DNA of 64,000 nucleotides from NCBI GenBank assembly GCA_021783235.1, contig JAJXUD010000009.1, positions 1,911 to 65,910 of the forward strand, read 5' to 3'. Source of the DNA: Myxococcales bacterium (GTDB lineage Bacteria > Myxococcota > Myxococcia > Myxococcales > JAKAPL01). This document shows, in pieces, positions 21,601-29,961 of the stretch (the first letter of the stretch is position 1; every line of letters starts with the position of its first letter). A program made the position numbers and the translations under genes. The notes beneath the pieces were generated by a model, which worked only from the letters and a program-made list of their open reading frames with translations, was not told where the DNA came from and ran no database searches.

Positions 21601-22375
21601 CGCCCTCCTGGCCGACGGGGAGGAGCTGGCTCTGGAGGTCCCGCCCCCCCAGCCGGGCGAGCAGCTCGGCGCGGCTCGACTGGCCGGGCTTCGGGAGGAC
21701 GAGGTCGGGGCGGGTGAAGACGCGCTGCCCCTCGAGGAGCGTCGTCTCGCTGCCGTCCATCGAGGCGAGCGCCGCCTTGACGGCCTCGGGGGCCGCCGAC
21801 TCGCGCACGAGCGCGAGCTGCGCGTCGAGGAGGACGCCCCGGGCCCCGGCCGCGCGGGCCGCGGCGAGGCCGTTCCTCCCGACGCCCCCCTGGAGCCAGA
21901 TCGGCAGCCCCAGCTCCGCCTGCAAGAGGAGCTGGAGCAGGATGAAGCCGGTCTCCTCGCCGACGCGGCCGCCGCTCTCGGAGCCCTTCGCGACGAGCCC
22001 CGCGGCCCCCGCCGCCCGGGCCTCGCGCGCCTCCGCGACCGTGACCACCTGGGCCAACACCGGCCTTCCGGCGGCGCGGGCCACGAGCGGGGCGACCTGT
22101 CCGGGCGTCGCGGCGAGGAAGGCCCCCACGCTCGCCGGCAGGTCGAGCGTCTCGAGGGAGACGCCCTCCGGGACCCGGACGCCGAACTCGCCGGGGGCCT
22201 GGGCGGCCAAGGCGGCGAGGGCGCTGCGGGCGAGCCGGGCGTCGCGGCCGAGGTCGAGGATCCCGAGGGCGCCCGCGCGGCAGAGCGCCACGCAGAGGGC
22301 GGGGTCCGGCTCCTCGAACGGGGTCAGGCCGAGGAGGCTGCGGGAGAGGAGGCTCGGATCGGGGTGCGCGGGCAT
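15590..22375 (-). CDS. type I PKS/PUFA-synthase-like megasynthase: tandem NMO/PfaD-type enoyl reductase regions - KS - AT - ACP - KR
   Basis: ER-like: aa ~1-290 and ~305-640 are TIM-barrel nitronate-monooxygenase/PfaD-like (FPIAQGPMTRVSD, FEGRECGGHVGP). KS from aa ~660: VAIVGMSAIFPDAPD, DAACASSLAAV, EAHGTGT, GHTKCAAG. AT: FLFPGQGSQ, GHSYGE, CAFHSPLL. ACP: LSIDSIKRIEILG. KR: VVVVTGGARGIT. Confidence 0.85.
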   Translation of the reverse strand: MPAHPDPSLLSRSLLGLTPFEEPDPALCVALCRAGALGILDLGRDARLARSALAALAAQAPGEFGVRVPEGVSLETLDLPASVGAFLAATPGQVAPLVARAAGRPVLAQVVTVAEAREARAAGAAGLVAKGSESGGRVGEETGFILLQLLLQAELGLPIWLQGGVGRNGLAAARAAGARGVLLDAQLALVRESAAPEAVKAALASMDGSETTLLEGQRVFTRPDLVLPKPGQSSRAELLARLGGRDLQSQLLPVGQEGALAASMARRYRTAGGVVRGLARASDQQLRQARDLSPLSPDSPLARAHGLRFPIAQGPMTRVSDRAAFALAVAQAGGLPFLALSLSRGEEVRRLLEETRAQLGGRPFGVGILGFVPPELRAEQLRVVEELRPKVALIAGGRPDQARSLEELGIETYLHVPSPALLDLFLADGARRFVFEGRECGGHVGPRSSLLLWEQAVERLLSHPAPEELSVFFAGGIHDARSAAMVAALAAPLAARGARLGVLLGTAYLFTEEAVATGAIGRAFQEAALRCERTVLLETAPGHATRCVESDYVEAFRARRAELEAAGKAPGEVWEELERLNLGRLRIAAKGVRREDSKLVALDPQTQRREGMFMIGQLAALRSAVVSIEELHREVSEGSDRLLRALPAPPPPSPGDSRPADVAIVGMSAIFPDAPDLKTFWANVLGGLDSVREVPRARWNAELYYDPASTGGDKTPCKWGGFLPEIPFDPISYGIPPSSLPAIDPAQLLALEAARRALQDAGYHEREFDRERTSVIFGAEGGNDLSNAYGFRNLYPQLLGPLPEKLAEHLPSLTEDSFPGVLSNVVAGRIANRLDLGGLNFTVDAACASSLAAVDLGIKELVTHGSDVVLCGGVDLHNGINDYLMFSSVHALSKGGHCRTFDAEADGIVLGEGVACLVLKRLADAERDGDRIYAVLRGVGGSSDGRSLGLTAPRKEGQVRALERAYRQAGVSPAEVGLVEAHGTGTVVGDRTELATLTEVYGRAGAPVGETALGSVKSQIGHTKCAAGLAGIVKAALALHHHVLPPTINVRRPNPGWDRAQSPFVLSTVARPWLPPAAGGTRKAAVSAFGFGGTNFHAVLAEYPRAEPPATGGPRFPAELFLLRAGTRAEAAARAGELEKRLERPLPGTLADLAFTVNGQGRGPVQLAIVAQDLGDLGRKLARARADQAGDGVFAARAPQGPVAFLFPGQGSQRTGMLGELFVAFPQLQRILELDRRVAGVALPAPGFGDDERAAQAAALTDTRIAQPALGMVELAALELLSALGVRPDLAGGHSYGELVALCAAGALSQRELILLSAERARCILDAVGDEPGAMAAVAAPLDRLRALCEGTGLVLANENSPSQGVVAGPRAALEAALERFSREGLSAQRLPVACAFHSPLLAGADAAFARALAGVELRAPALPVYSNVTAAPYAPSAGDVRALLAKQLVSPVRFAAQVEAMYAAGARTFVEVGPGQVLTRLVGRTLGERPHLALPLSRDGGGGLPQLLELLAELAVHGVPVQLAPLFAGRQVRRLDLDAAPPGKPAALWLVDGQLARPATGELPRHSLKPNAAPIAILSPAAPSSEREGSVMAYLQGMRELAEAQREVMLRYLGAPAGEAAPVRTLERIEARPTAKSEAVREGPAPESAEALGAASVDVAQLLLRLVSERTGYPPEMLSLDADLEAELSIDSIKRIEILGALTQRLGIGKGASGGSDGSLEKLSSVKTLRGISSWIEQRLAAGPSGEAAAPATAGALPPKTPSAALLHWATAELEAAPELSLRRTSGRSWIAAPEGSPVAARLAALLSERGAEVRLSLARPEGPIERLVDLTSLAAGAWSGSALWEAFARCREAVAAGAKQLLAASALGGLGGAGGGPLDGAGLAGLLQSLGRERPELSARAVDLDPAEPPERLAEELALELTDPAGPPESRWKAGARRRVELREGEPPRLGVALSKSSVVVVTGGARGITARLAVGIARRFGCALELVGSRAVPDDEPAELAGAADLAGIRQALVRRGGRLAEVEAAAQAAFAAREVRRTLAEIRAAGGRARYHALDVRSGEGVAALFERLGREGPVEAVVHAAGVTDDRAFEGKERAAFERVVETKLHGAMALARQLRPETRLFVAFGSVSGLFGNRGQVDYAAGNDALDRLVRTLDGRIAGPAVALDFGPWAGAGMVTPELAREYERRGLPLLPLAAGMDAVLAALFDAPADGAPPRGGALQLFLAAAPPSLFADRPRPPPADPASTPAPPLHAVAS

Positions 22376-22562
22376 GGCGGGGCGGGCATGGCTGGCGGTC
22401 GCTCAGTCTAGCACGGCTCGGGCGCGGCGCTCGCCCGGACGGATCAAGAGGTGGGACAACCCCGCACCTTTACGAGCGAAATCCGCTCTTCTAGGATGCG
22501 CGCGCGCGATCCGTCCGAAAACTTTCGGCGGGCGCGCGCGTCATCCATCCGTGAGGAGCTCC

Positions 22563-23726
22563 ATGCGTCTCGAGAAGTTCGGCCCCACGCTCGCGGGAGT
22601 CGCCCTGGTCGCCTTCGGCTGCGGCCGGAAAGGGCCCGCGGGCGGCCCGAAGGAGTTCGCCGTCCCGGTCCAGACCGTGGCGGTCGCGCGCAAGGACGTC
22701 CCCATCTTTCTCGACGGCCTCGGCAACGTCGTCGCCTTCCAGACGGTGACGGTGAAGCCGCAGGTCGACGGAAAGCTCGAGCGGGTGCTCTTCCGCGAGG
22801 GGCAGGCGGTGCGGAAGGGCGAGCTGCTCGCGCAGATCGATCCCCGCCCCTTCCAGATCGCGCTCCACCAGGCGCAGGCCGGGCTCGCGCGGGACGAGGC
22901 GCAGCTCGCGGGCGCCCAGCGCGACCTCGTCCGCTACCGAGATCTCGCCCAGAAGAAGCTCGCCCCGGAGCAGCAGGTGGACGACCAGGCCGCCATGGTC
23001 GGGCAGCTTCAGGGCGCGGTCGGGGGCGACCGGGCGGCCATCGAGAACGCGAAGCTGAACCTCGAGTACGCGAGCATCGTCTCGCCCATCGACGGCGTCA
23101 CCGGCGTCCGGCAGGTCGACGCCGGCAACCTCATCCACCAGGCCGACCCGAACGGCCTCGTGGTCGTCGCGCAGCTCGACCCGGTGGCGCTGCTCTTCTC
23201 GCTCCCCGAGGACGACCTGCCGCGGGTCTCGCGCCGCATGGCCGATGGACCGCTCGTGGTCGACGTCTACGACCGCGAGGGCACCCAGAAGCTCGGCACG
23301 GGGCGGCTCGAGCTCGTGGACAACGAGATCAACCAGTCGACCGCCTCGCTGCGGCTCAAGGCGATCCTGCCGAACCCCTCGCGGCTCCTCTGGCCGAACC
23401 AGTTCGTCAAGGCGCGGCTGCTCCTCGAGGTGCGGCGCGGCGCGCTGGTCGTGCCGCAGGCCTCGGTGCAGCGGGGCCCCAAGGGGCCGTTCGTCTACCT
23501 CGTCGACGCGCAGAGGCACGCGCAGCTCGTGAACGTCGAGGTCGAGCTCGCCGAGGGCGACGACGCGGTGGTGGCGGGCCAGCTCGCCGAGGGCGATCGG
23601 GTGGTCGTCGAGGGGCAGAACCAGCTCAAGCCGGGCGCGCTCGTGGCGCCGCGCGCCGAGGAGCGCAAGAAGGCGCCCGGCCCGACGGAGGTCTCCTCCG
23701 GGAAGCTCGGCGGAGCGCCGGGTTGA
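22563..23726 (+). CDS. mdtA: RND efflux periplasmic adaptor (MdtA-like)
   Basis: Lipobox-like N-terminus (LVAFGC). HlyD/MFP-family sequence (VKPQVDGKLERVLFREGQAVRKGELLAQIDPRPF). GAGGAG RBS upstream of ATG 22563. Confidence 0.8.
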   Translation: MRLEKFGPTLAGVALVAFGCGRKGPAGGPKEFAVPVQTVAVARKDVPIFLDGLGNVVAFQTVTVKPQVDGKLERVLFREGQAVRKGELLAQIDPRPFQIALHQAQAGLARDEAQLAGAQRDLVRYRDLAQKKLAPEQQVDDQAAMVGQLQGAVGGDRAAIENAKLNLEYASIVSPIDGVTGVRQVDAGNLIHQADPNGLVVVAQLDPVALLFSLPEDDLPRVSRRMADGPLVVDVYDREGTQKLGTGRLELVDNEINQSTASLRLKAILPNPSRLLWPNQFVKARLLLEVRRGALVVPQASVQRGPKGPFVYLVDAQRHAQLVNVEVELAEGDDAVVAGQLAEGDRVVVEGQNQLKPGALVAPRAEERKKAPGPTEVSSGKLGGAPG

Positions 23727-26700
23727 GCATCTCGGAGCCCTTCATCCGGCGGCCGGTCGCGACGACGCTCCTGATGGTGGGGCTCACGCTCGCGGGGCTC
23801 GTCGGCTACCGGATGCTCGCGGTCTCGGCGCTGCCGCAGGTCGACTACCCCACCATCGTCGTCGCGACCCAGCTCCCGGGCGCCTCGGCGGAGACGATGG
23901 CCTCGGCGGTGACGACCCCGCTCGAGCGCGAGTTCGGCCAGATGCCCTCGCTCACCGAGATGACCTCGGTCTCGAGCTTCGGCACCTCGCAGATCACGCT
24001 CCAGTTCAACCTCGACCGGAGCATCGACTCGGCCGAGCAGGACGTCCAGCAGGCGATCAACGGGGCGGCGACGCTCTTGCCGCCGACGCTCCCCGCGCCG
24101 CCGAACTACAGCAAGAGCAACCCCGCCGACACGCCGATCCTGACGCTCGCGGTCTCCTCCGAGACGCTGCCGCTCGACCAGGTCGACGACGTCGCCGACT
24201 CGATCCTCGCGCAGAAGATCTCGCAGGTCTCGGGGGTCGGCCTCGTGACCATCGGCGGCGGCCAGAAGCCGGCGGTCCGCGTCCAGGTGGACCCCGAGGC
24301 GCTCGCGGGCAGCGGGCTCTCGCTCGAGGACGTCCGGCTCGCCATCGCGGCCGCGAACGTCGACCAGCCCAAGGGGAACCTCGACGGCCCGCGGCAGGAC
24401 TACACCCTCGAGGCGAACGACCAGCTCTACCGCGCCGAGTCGTTCCGGCCGCTCGTCATCGCCTACCGGAACGGCTCGCCGGTGCGGCTGCGCGAGGTCG
24501 CGACCGTCCTCGACGGGGTGGAGAACGACCAGCTCGCCGGCTGGGCGAACGGCCAGCGGGCCATCATCCTGAGCGTCCAGCGGCAGCCGGGCGCGAACAG
24601 CATCGAGACCGCCGACCGGGTGAAGGCGCTCCTGCCCCGGCTGCGGACGGCCATCCCGCAGGGGATCGACGTGACGATCCAGAACGACCGGACCGAGACC
24701 GTCCGCGCCTCGGTCCTGGACGTGCAGTTCACGCTCGTCCTCACGGTCCTCCTCGTCGTGCTCGTGATCTTCCTCTTCCTGCGCAGCGTGCGGGCCACGA
24801 TCATCCCGGGCGTCGTCGTGCCGCTCTCGCTCGTCTGCACCTTCGGCGTGATGTACCTGCTCGGCTACAGCCTGGACAACCTGTCGCTCATGGCGCTCAC
24901 GATCTCGACCGGCTTCGTCGTGGACGACGCCATCGTCATGATCGAGAACATCGAGCGCTTCATCGAGGGCGGGACGCGCCCCTTCGAGGCGGCGCTCCTC
25001 GGCGCGAAGCAGATCGGCTTCACCATCATCTCGCTCACGGTCTCGCTCGTCGCGGTCCTCATCCCGCTCCTGTTCATGGGCGGCGTCATCGGCCGGCTCT
25101 TCCGGGAGTTCGCGGTGACGCTCGCCGTCGCCATCTGCATCTCGGCGGTCCTCTCACTGACGCTCACCGCCACGATGTGCGCGCACCTGCTCCGGCCGAA
25201 GCAGCCTGAGGAGGAGGGGGCGCTCGCGAGGCTCTTCGAGCGCGGCTTCTCCGCGATGCTCGCCTTCTACGAGCGGACGCTCCGGGCCGTGATGCGCCAC
25301 CAGCCGCTCACGCTCGCGGCGACCGTCGGCACCCTCGGGCTCACCTTCTGGCTCGCCTGGCTCGTGCCGAAGGGCTTCTTCCCGCAGCAGGACACGGGGC
25401 TCCTGACCGCCGTCACCGAGGCGCCGCCCGACGTCTCCTTCCCGCGGCTCATGGCGCTGCAGCGGCAGGTCGCCGACGCGGTGCTCGAGGACCCCGCCGT
25501 CGCCTCGGTCGCCTCGTTCGTGGGGGCCGACGGCACGAACCCGACCTCGAACAGCGGCCGGCTCTCGATCTCGCTCAAGCCGCGCGAGGAGCGCTCGCCG
25601 CTCCCCGAGCTGCTCGCCCGCCTGAAGGCGCGGCTCGCCGGGATCGCCGGCATCGACGTCTACCTGCAGGCGGTGCAGGACCTCACCGTCGAGGACCGGG
25701 TGAGCCGGACCCAGTACCAGTACACGCTCGAGAGCGCGAGCTCGAAGGACCTCGCCCGCTGGGCCCCGCTCCTCCTCGCGAAGCTCGAGGCGCTCCCCGA
25801 GCTGCGGGGCGTCGCGAGCGATCAGCAGCTCTCGGGCCTAGAGCTCTCGCTCGACATCGACCGGGACACCGCGGCGCGGATGGGGGTCGACCCGCAGCAG
25901 ATCGACGACGTGCTCTACGACGCCTTCGGGCAGCGGCAGATCTCGACGATCTTCACCCAGCTGAACCAGTACCGGGTGATCCTCGGGGTGACGCCGGAGC
26001 TGCAGGAGAGCTCGAAGGTGCTCGACAAGCTCTACGTCCGCTCGTCCACCGGCCAGCCGGTGCCGCTCTCGTCCTTCACGCGCCGCCGCTGGGGCACCGC
26101 GCCGCTCTCGATCAACCACCAGGGGCAGTTCCCCGCGGTGACGCTCTCGTTCGACCTCGCGCCGGGCCACTCGCTCGGCGACGCGGTGGCCGCCATCGAC
26201 GCCGCGAGGCGTGAGATCGGCCTGCCGCCGAGCATCCGGGCGAGCTTCCAGGGGACCGCCCAGGCCTTCCTCACCTCGCTCTCGAGCGAGCCCATCCTGC
26301 TCTTGGCCGCGGTCGTCACAGTCTACATCGTCCTCGGGATCCTCTACGAGAGCTTCATCCACCCGGTGACGATCCTCTCCACCCTGCCGTCGGCGGGCGT
26401 GGGGGCCATCCTCGCGCTCCTCGCGACGCGCACCGAGTTCTCGGTGATCGCGCTCATCGGCATCGTCCTGCTCATCGGCATCGTCAAGAAGAACGCCATC
26501 ATGATGATCGACTTCGCCATCGAGGCCGAGCGCGAGGAGCGGCTGCCGCCCGCGGACGCGATCTTCCGCGCCTGCCTGCTCCGCTTCCGGCCCATCATGA
26601 TGACCACCCTGGCGGCGCTCTTCGGCGGCATCCCGCTCGCCGTCGGCACCGGCATCGGCTCGGAGCTGCGGCGGCCGCTCGGCATCACCATCGTCGGCGG

Positions 26701-26836
26701 GCTCCTCATCTCGCAGCTCCTCACGCTCTACACGACGCCCGTCGTCTACCTCTACATGGAGCGGCTCGCCCGCTGGATCCGCCCGAAGAAGGCGGCCTCG
26801 CAGGGCGCCGCCCCCGGCGACGAGCTCGCCGCCTAG
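23723..26836 (+). CDS. mdtB: RND efflux permease (MdtB-like)
   Basis: SISEPFIRRPVATTLLM N-terminus typical of AcrB/MdtB-family pumps, ~1037 aa. The TTG start overlaps the mdtA stop. Confidence 0.8.
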   Translation: MSISEPFIRRPVATTLLMVGLTLAGLVGYRMLAVSALPQVDYPTIVVATQLPGASAETMASAVTTPLEREFGQMPSLTEMTSVSSFGTSQITLQFNLDRSIDSAEQDVQQAINGAATLLPPTLPAPPNYSKSNPADTPILTLAVSSETLPLDQVDDVADSILAQKISQVSGVGLVTIGGGQKPAVRVQVDPEALAGSGLSLEDVRLAIAAANVDQPKGNLDGPRQDYTLEANDQLYRAESFRPLVIAYRNGSPVRLREVATVLDGVENDQLAGWANGQRAIILSVQRQPGANSIETADRVKALLPRLRTAIPQGIDVTIQNDRTETVRASVLDVQFTLVLTVLLVVLVIFLFLRSVRATIIPGVVVPLSLVCTFGVMYLLGYSLDNLSLMALTISTGFVVDDAIVMIENIERFIEGGTRPFEAALLGAKQIGFTIISLTVSLVAVLIPLLFMGGVIGRLFREFAVTLAVAICISAVLSLTLTATMCAHLLRPKQPEEEGALARLFERGFSAMLAFYERTLRAVMRHQPLTLAATVGTLGLTFWLAWLVPKGFFPQQDTGLLTAVTEAPPDVSFPRLMALQRQVADAVLEDPAVASVASFVGADGTNPTSNSGRLSISLKPREERSPLPELLARLKARLAGIAGIDVYLQAVQDLTVEDRVSRTQYQYTLESASSKDLARWAPLLLAKLEALPELRGVASDQQLSGLELSLDIDRDTAARMGVDPQQIDDVLYDAFGQRQISTIFTQLNQYRVILGVTPELQESSKVLDKLYVRSSTGQPVPLSSFTRRRWGTAPLSINHQGQFPAVTLSFDLAPGHSLGDAVAAIDAARREIGLPPSIRASFQGTAQAFLTSLSSEPILLLAAVVTVYIVLGILYESFIHPVTILSTLPSAGVGAILALLATRTEFSVIALIGIVLLIGIVKKNAIMMIDFAIEAEREERLPPADAIFRACLLRFRPIMMTTLAALFGGIPLAVGTGIGSELRRPLGITIVGGLLISQLLTLYTTPVVYLYMERLARWIRPKKAASQGAAPGDELAA

Positions 26837-26839
26837 GCG

Positions 26840-29800
26840 ATGAACCTCTCGGGCCCCTTCATCCGCCGGCCGGTGGCGACGACGCTGCTCGCGACGGCCA
26901 TCCTGCTCGCGGGCGGCGCGGCCTACTTCTCGCTCCCCATCGCGCCGCTCCCGCGGGTGGACTTCCCCACCGTGGCCGTGGGCGCGGGGCTGCCCGGCGC
27001 GAGCCCCGAGACCATGGCCTCGGCGGTCGCCACCCCGCTCGAGCGCCGCTTCGGCCGGATCGCGGGGCTCGCCGAGCTGACCTCGACGAGCTCGCTCGGC
27101 AACAGCTCGCTCACGCTCCAGTTCGACCTGGCCCGCGACGTCGACGCCGCGGCGCGCGACGTGCAGGCCGCCATCAACGCCGCGGGCGGCGACCTGCCGC
27201 AGAACCTCCCCTTCAAGCCGCGCTTCTCGAAGGTGAACCCGGCCGACACGCCGATCCTGATCCTGGCGCTCAGCTCGGACGCGCTGCCGCTCACCGCCAT
27301 CTACGACGCCGCCGACACCGTCCTCGCCCAGAAGATCGCGCAGGTGGACGGCGTCGGGCAGGTCTTCGTCGGCGGCGGCCAGCAGCCCGCCGTCCGCATC
27401 GAGGTCGATCCCGAGGCGCTCGCGGGCCGGGGGCTGACGCTCGAGGACGTGCGGGCGGTGGTGTCGCGTCAGACCGCGGACCAGCCGAAGGGCTCCCTGC
27501 AGGGGCCGCTGCGTTCGCAGAGCCTCGCGGCGAACGACCAGCTCCTCGTCGCCGACGGCTACCGGCCGATCGTCCTCGGCTACCAGCAGGGGGCGCCCGT
27601 TCGGCTCGGGGACGTGGCGCGGGTCTACGACGACGTCGTCAACGGCCGCACCGCGGGCTGGGTGGACGGCCACCGCTCCATCCCCGTCATCATCCGGCGG
27701 CAGCCGGGCGCCAACATCCTGGAGACCATCGACCGGATCGAGCGGCTCATGCCGCAGCTCGCCTCGTCCGTCCCGCCGTCGATCCGGATGACCATCGCCT
27801 ACGACCACGCGAAGACGATCCGCGCCTCGGTGCACGACGTCGAGGTGACGCTCTTCCTCTCGGTCGTCCTCGTGGTGCTCGTGGTCTTCCTCTTCTTGCG
27901 CAGCGGGCGGGCCACCTCCATCCCGAGCGTGGCGGTGCCGCTCTCGCTCGTCGCCACCTTCGGCGTGATGTACCTGCTCGACTACAGCCTGGACAACCTC
28001 TCGCTGATGGCCCTCACGATCTCCACCGGCTTCGTGGTGGACGACGCCATCGTCGTCACCGAGAACATCGCCCGCTTCATCGAGCTCGGGATGCGCCCCT
28101 TCGAGGCGGCGCTCGAGGGGGCGCGCCAGATCGGCTTCACCATCGTCTCGATCACGGTCTCCTTGCTCGCGGTCTTCGTGCCGATCCTGATGATGGGCGG
28201 CATCGTGGGGCGGCTCTTCCGCGAGTTCGCGGTGACGCTCTCCATCGCGGTGGGCGCCTCGGCGCTCATCTCGCTCACGCTGACGCCCATGATGGCCGCG
28301 CGGCTCCTGCGCCACGAGCCGCCGGGGCAGGCGCGCGGCTTCTTCCGGCTGCTCGAGCGGGGCTTCGAGGGGCTGCTCGCCCTCTACGGCCGGACGCTCG
28401 GCTGGGTCCTGCGCCACCGGCGGTTCATGCTCTTCGTCGCCATCGGCACGGTCGTCTTGACCGTCTGGCTGCTCGGCGCGATCCCGAAGGGGCTCTTCCC
28501 GCAGCAGGACACGGGCTTCCTCATCGGCTTCTCGGAGGCGCCGCAGGACATCTCGTTCCCCGCCATGAAGAAGCGGCAGGAGGCCTTGAACGCCATCATC
28601 GGCGCCGACCCGGACGTGGGCCACTTCGTCTCCTTCATCGGCTCCTTCAACGGCTCGGCGGGCAACGCCGGCACCTTCTTCATCGATCTGAAGGACAAGC
28701 CGCCGCGCAAGGTGACCGCGGACGAGATCATCGCGCGGCTGCGGCCGAAGGTCGCGAAGGTCCCGGGCATCCGGCTCTTCATGCAGTCGATGCAGGACAT
28801 GCGGATCGGCGGCCGGATCGCCCGCACCCAGTACCAGTACACGCTCGAGGACGCCGATCTGAAGGAGCTCGCCCGCTGGGCGCCGAAGGAGCTCGCGAAG
28901 CTGAAGACGCTGCCCGAGCTCAAGGACGTCGCGAGCGACCAGCAGACCGCCGGGCTCGCGCTCGACGTGGACGTGGACCGCGACAGCGCGGGCCGGCTCG
29001 GCGTGCCGATGCGGCTGGTCGACGACACCCTCTACGACGCCTTCGGCCAGCGGCAGATCGCGGTCACCTACACCGAGATGAACCAGTACTGGGTGGTCAT
29101 GGAGGTGGCGCCCGACTTCCAGCGGCCGGAGGCGCTGCGGCAGATCTACGTGCGGGGGCAGGACGGCGGCCTCGTGCCGCTCTCGTCCATCGCGAAGGCG
29201 CGCCCCGACCAGGCCTCGCTCTCCATCAACCACCAGGGGCAGTTCCCGGCGGTGACGCTCTCCTTCAACCTCGCCCCGAAGGTCGCGCTCAGCCAGGCGG
29301 TGGCCGCCATCCACCGGGCCGAGGCGGAGGTCGGGTTGCCGGCCACCATCCACGCGAGCTTCCAGGGGACGGCGCAGGTCTTCCTCTCGTCGCTCTCGAG
29401 CGAGCCGTGGCTCGTGCTCGCCGCGCTGCTCGCGGTCTACATCGTGCTCGGCATGCTCTACGAGAGCTTCATCCACCCGATCACGATCCTCTCCACCCTG
29501 CCGTCGGCCGGCATCGGCGCCTGCCTCGCGCTCCTCGTCTTCCACATGGACTTCAGCGTCATCGCGCTCATCGGCGTCCTCCTCCTCATCGGCATCGTCA
29601 AGAAGAACGCCATCCTCATGATCGACTTCGCCATCGAGCTCGAGCGGGACGAGGGGCTCCCTCCCGAGGAGGCCATCCGGCGCGCCTCGCTCCTGCGCTT
29701 CCGGCCGATCCTCATGACGACGCTCGCCGCCATGCTCGGCGCCCTGCCGCTCGCCGTCGGCCACGGCATCGGCTCGGAGCTGCGCCAGCCGCTCGGCGTC

Positions 29801-29929
29801 ACCATCGTCGGCGGCCTCGCCATCTCGCAGCTCCTCACGCTCTACACGACGCCGGTCATCTACCTCGCGCTCGACCGCTTCACGAGCCGCCGCCGGGCGC
29901 TCGGGAGGCTCCCGGAGGTCGCCGCTTGA
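26840..29929 (+). CDS. mdtC: RND efflux permease (MdtC-like)
   Basis: MNLSGPFIRRPVATTLL N-terminus, 1029 aa. Paralogous to the preceding gene, the arrangement typical of MdtBC heteromeric pumps. Confidence 0.8.
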   Translation: MNLSGPFIRRPVATTLLATAILLAGGAAYFSLPIAPLPRVDFPTVAVGAGLPGASPETMASAVATPLERRFGRIAGLAELTSTSSLGNSSLTLQFDLARDVDAAARDVQAAINAAGGDLPQNLPFKPRFSKVNPADTPILILALSSDALPLTAIYDAADTVLAQKIAQVDGVGQVFVGGGQQPAVRIEVDPEALAGRGLTLEDVRAVVSRQTADQPKGSLQGPLRSQSLAANDQLLVADGYRPIVLGYQQGAPVRLGDVARVYDDVVNGRTAGWVDGHRSIPVIIRRQPGANILETIDRIERLMPQLASSVPPSIRMTIAYDHAKTIRASVHDVEVTLFLSVVLVVLVVFLFLRSGRATSIPSVAVPLSLVATFGVMYLLDYSLDNLSLMALTISTGFVVDDAIVVTENIARFIELGMRPFEAALEGARQIGFTIVSITVSLLAVFVPILMMGGIVGRLFREFAVTLSIAVGASALISLTLTPMMAARLLRHEPPGQARGFFRLLERGFEGLLALYGRTLGWVLRHRRFMLFVAIGTVVLTVWLLGAIPKGLFPQQDTGFLIGFSEAPQDISFPAMKKRQEALNAIIGADPDVGHFVSFIGSFNGSAGNAGTFFIDLKDKPPRKVTADEIIARLRPKVAKVPGIRLFMQSMQDMRIGGRIARTQYQYTLEDADLKELARWAPKELAKLKTLPELKDVASDQQTAGLALDVDVDRDSAGRLGVPMRLVDDTLYDAFGQRQIAVTYTEMNQYWVVMEVAPDFQRPEALRQIYVRGQDGGLVPLSSIAKARPDQASLSINHQGQFPAVTLSFNLAPKVALSQAVAAIHRAEAEVGLPATIHASFQGTAQVFLSSLSSEPWLVLAALLAVYIVLGMLYESFIHPITILSTLPSAGIGACLALLVFHMDFSVIALIGVLLLIGIVKKNAILMIDFAIELERDEGLPPEEAIRRASLLRFRPILMTTLAAMLGALPLAVGHGIGSELRQPLGVTIVGGLAISQLLTLYTTPVIYLALDRFTSRRRALGRLPEVAA

Positions 29930-29961
29930 TCCCCTCTCGCCTTCTGGGCGAGAAGAGCGGG

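Noticed and set aside
11467-22411. Very long plus-strand ORFs (11467..16113, 15578..18025, 18182..22411) and the alternative-frame minus ORF 16533..21059 over the PKS genes
   Set aside because: The composition is dominated by Arg/Gly/Glu/Asp/Pro runs, typical of antisense or out-of-frame translation of GC-rich coding DNA. They show no motifs and fully overlap ORFs with unambiguous KS/AT/ACP/KR motifs.
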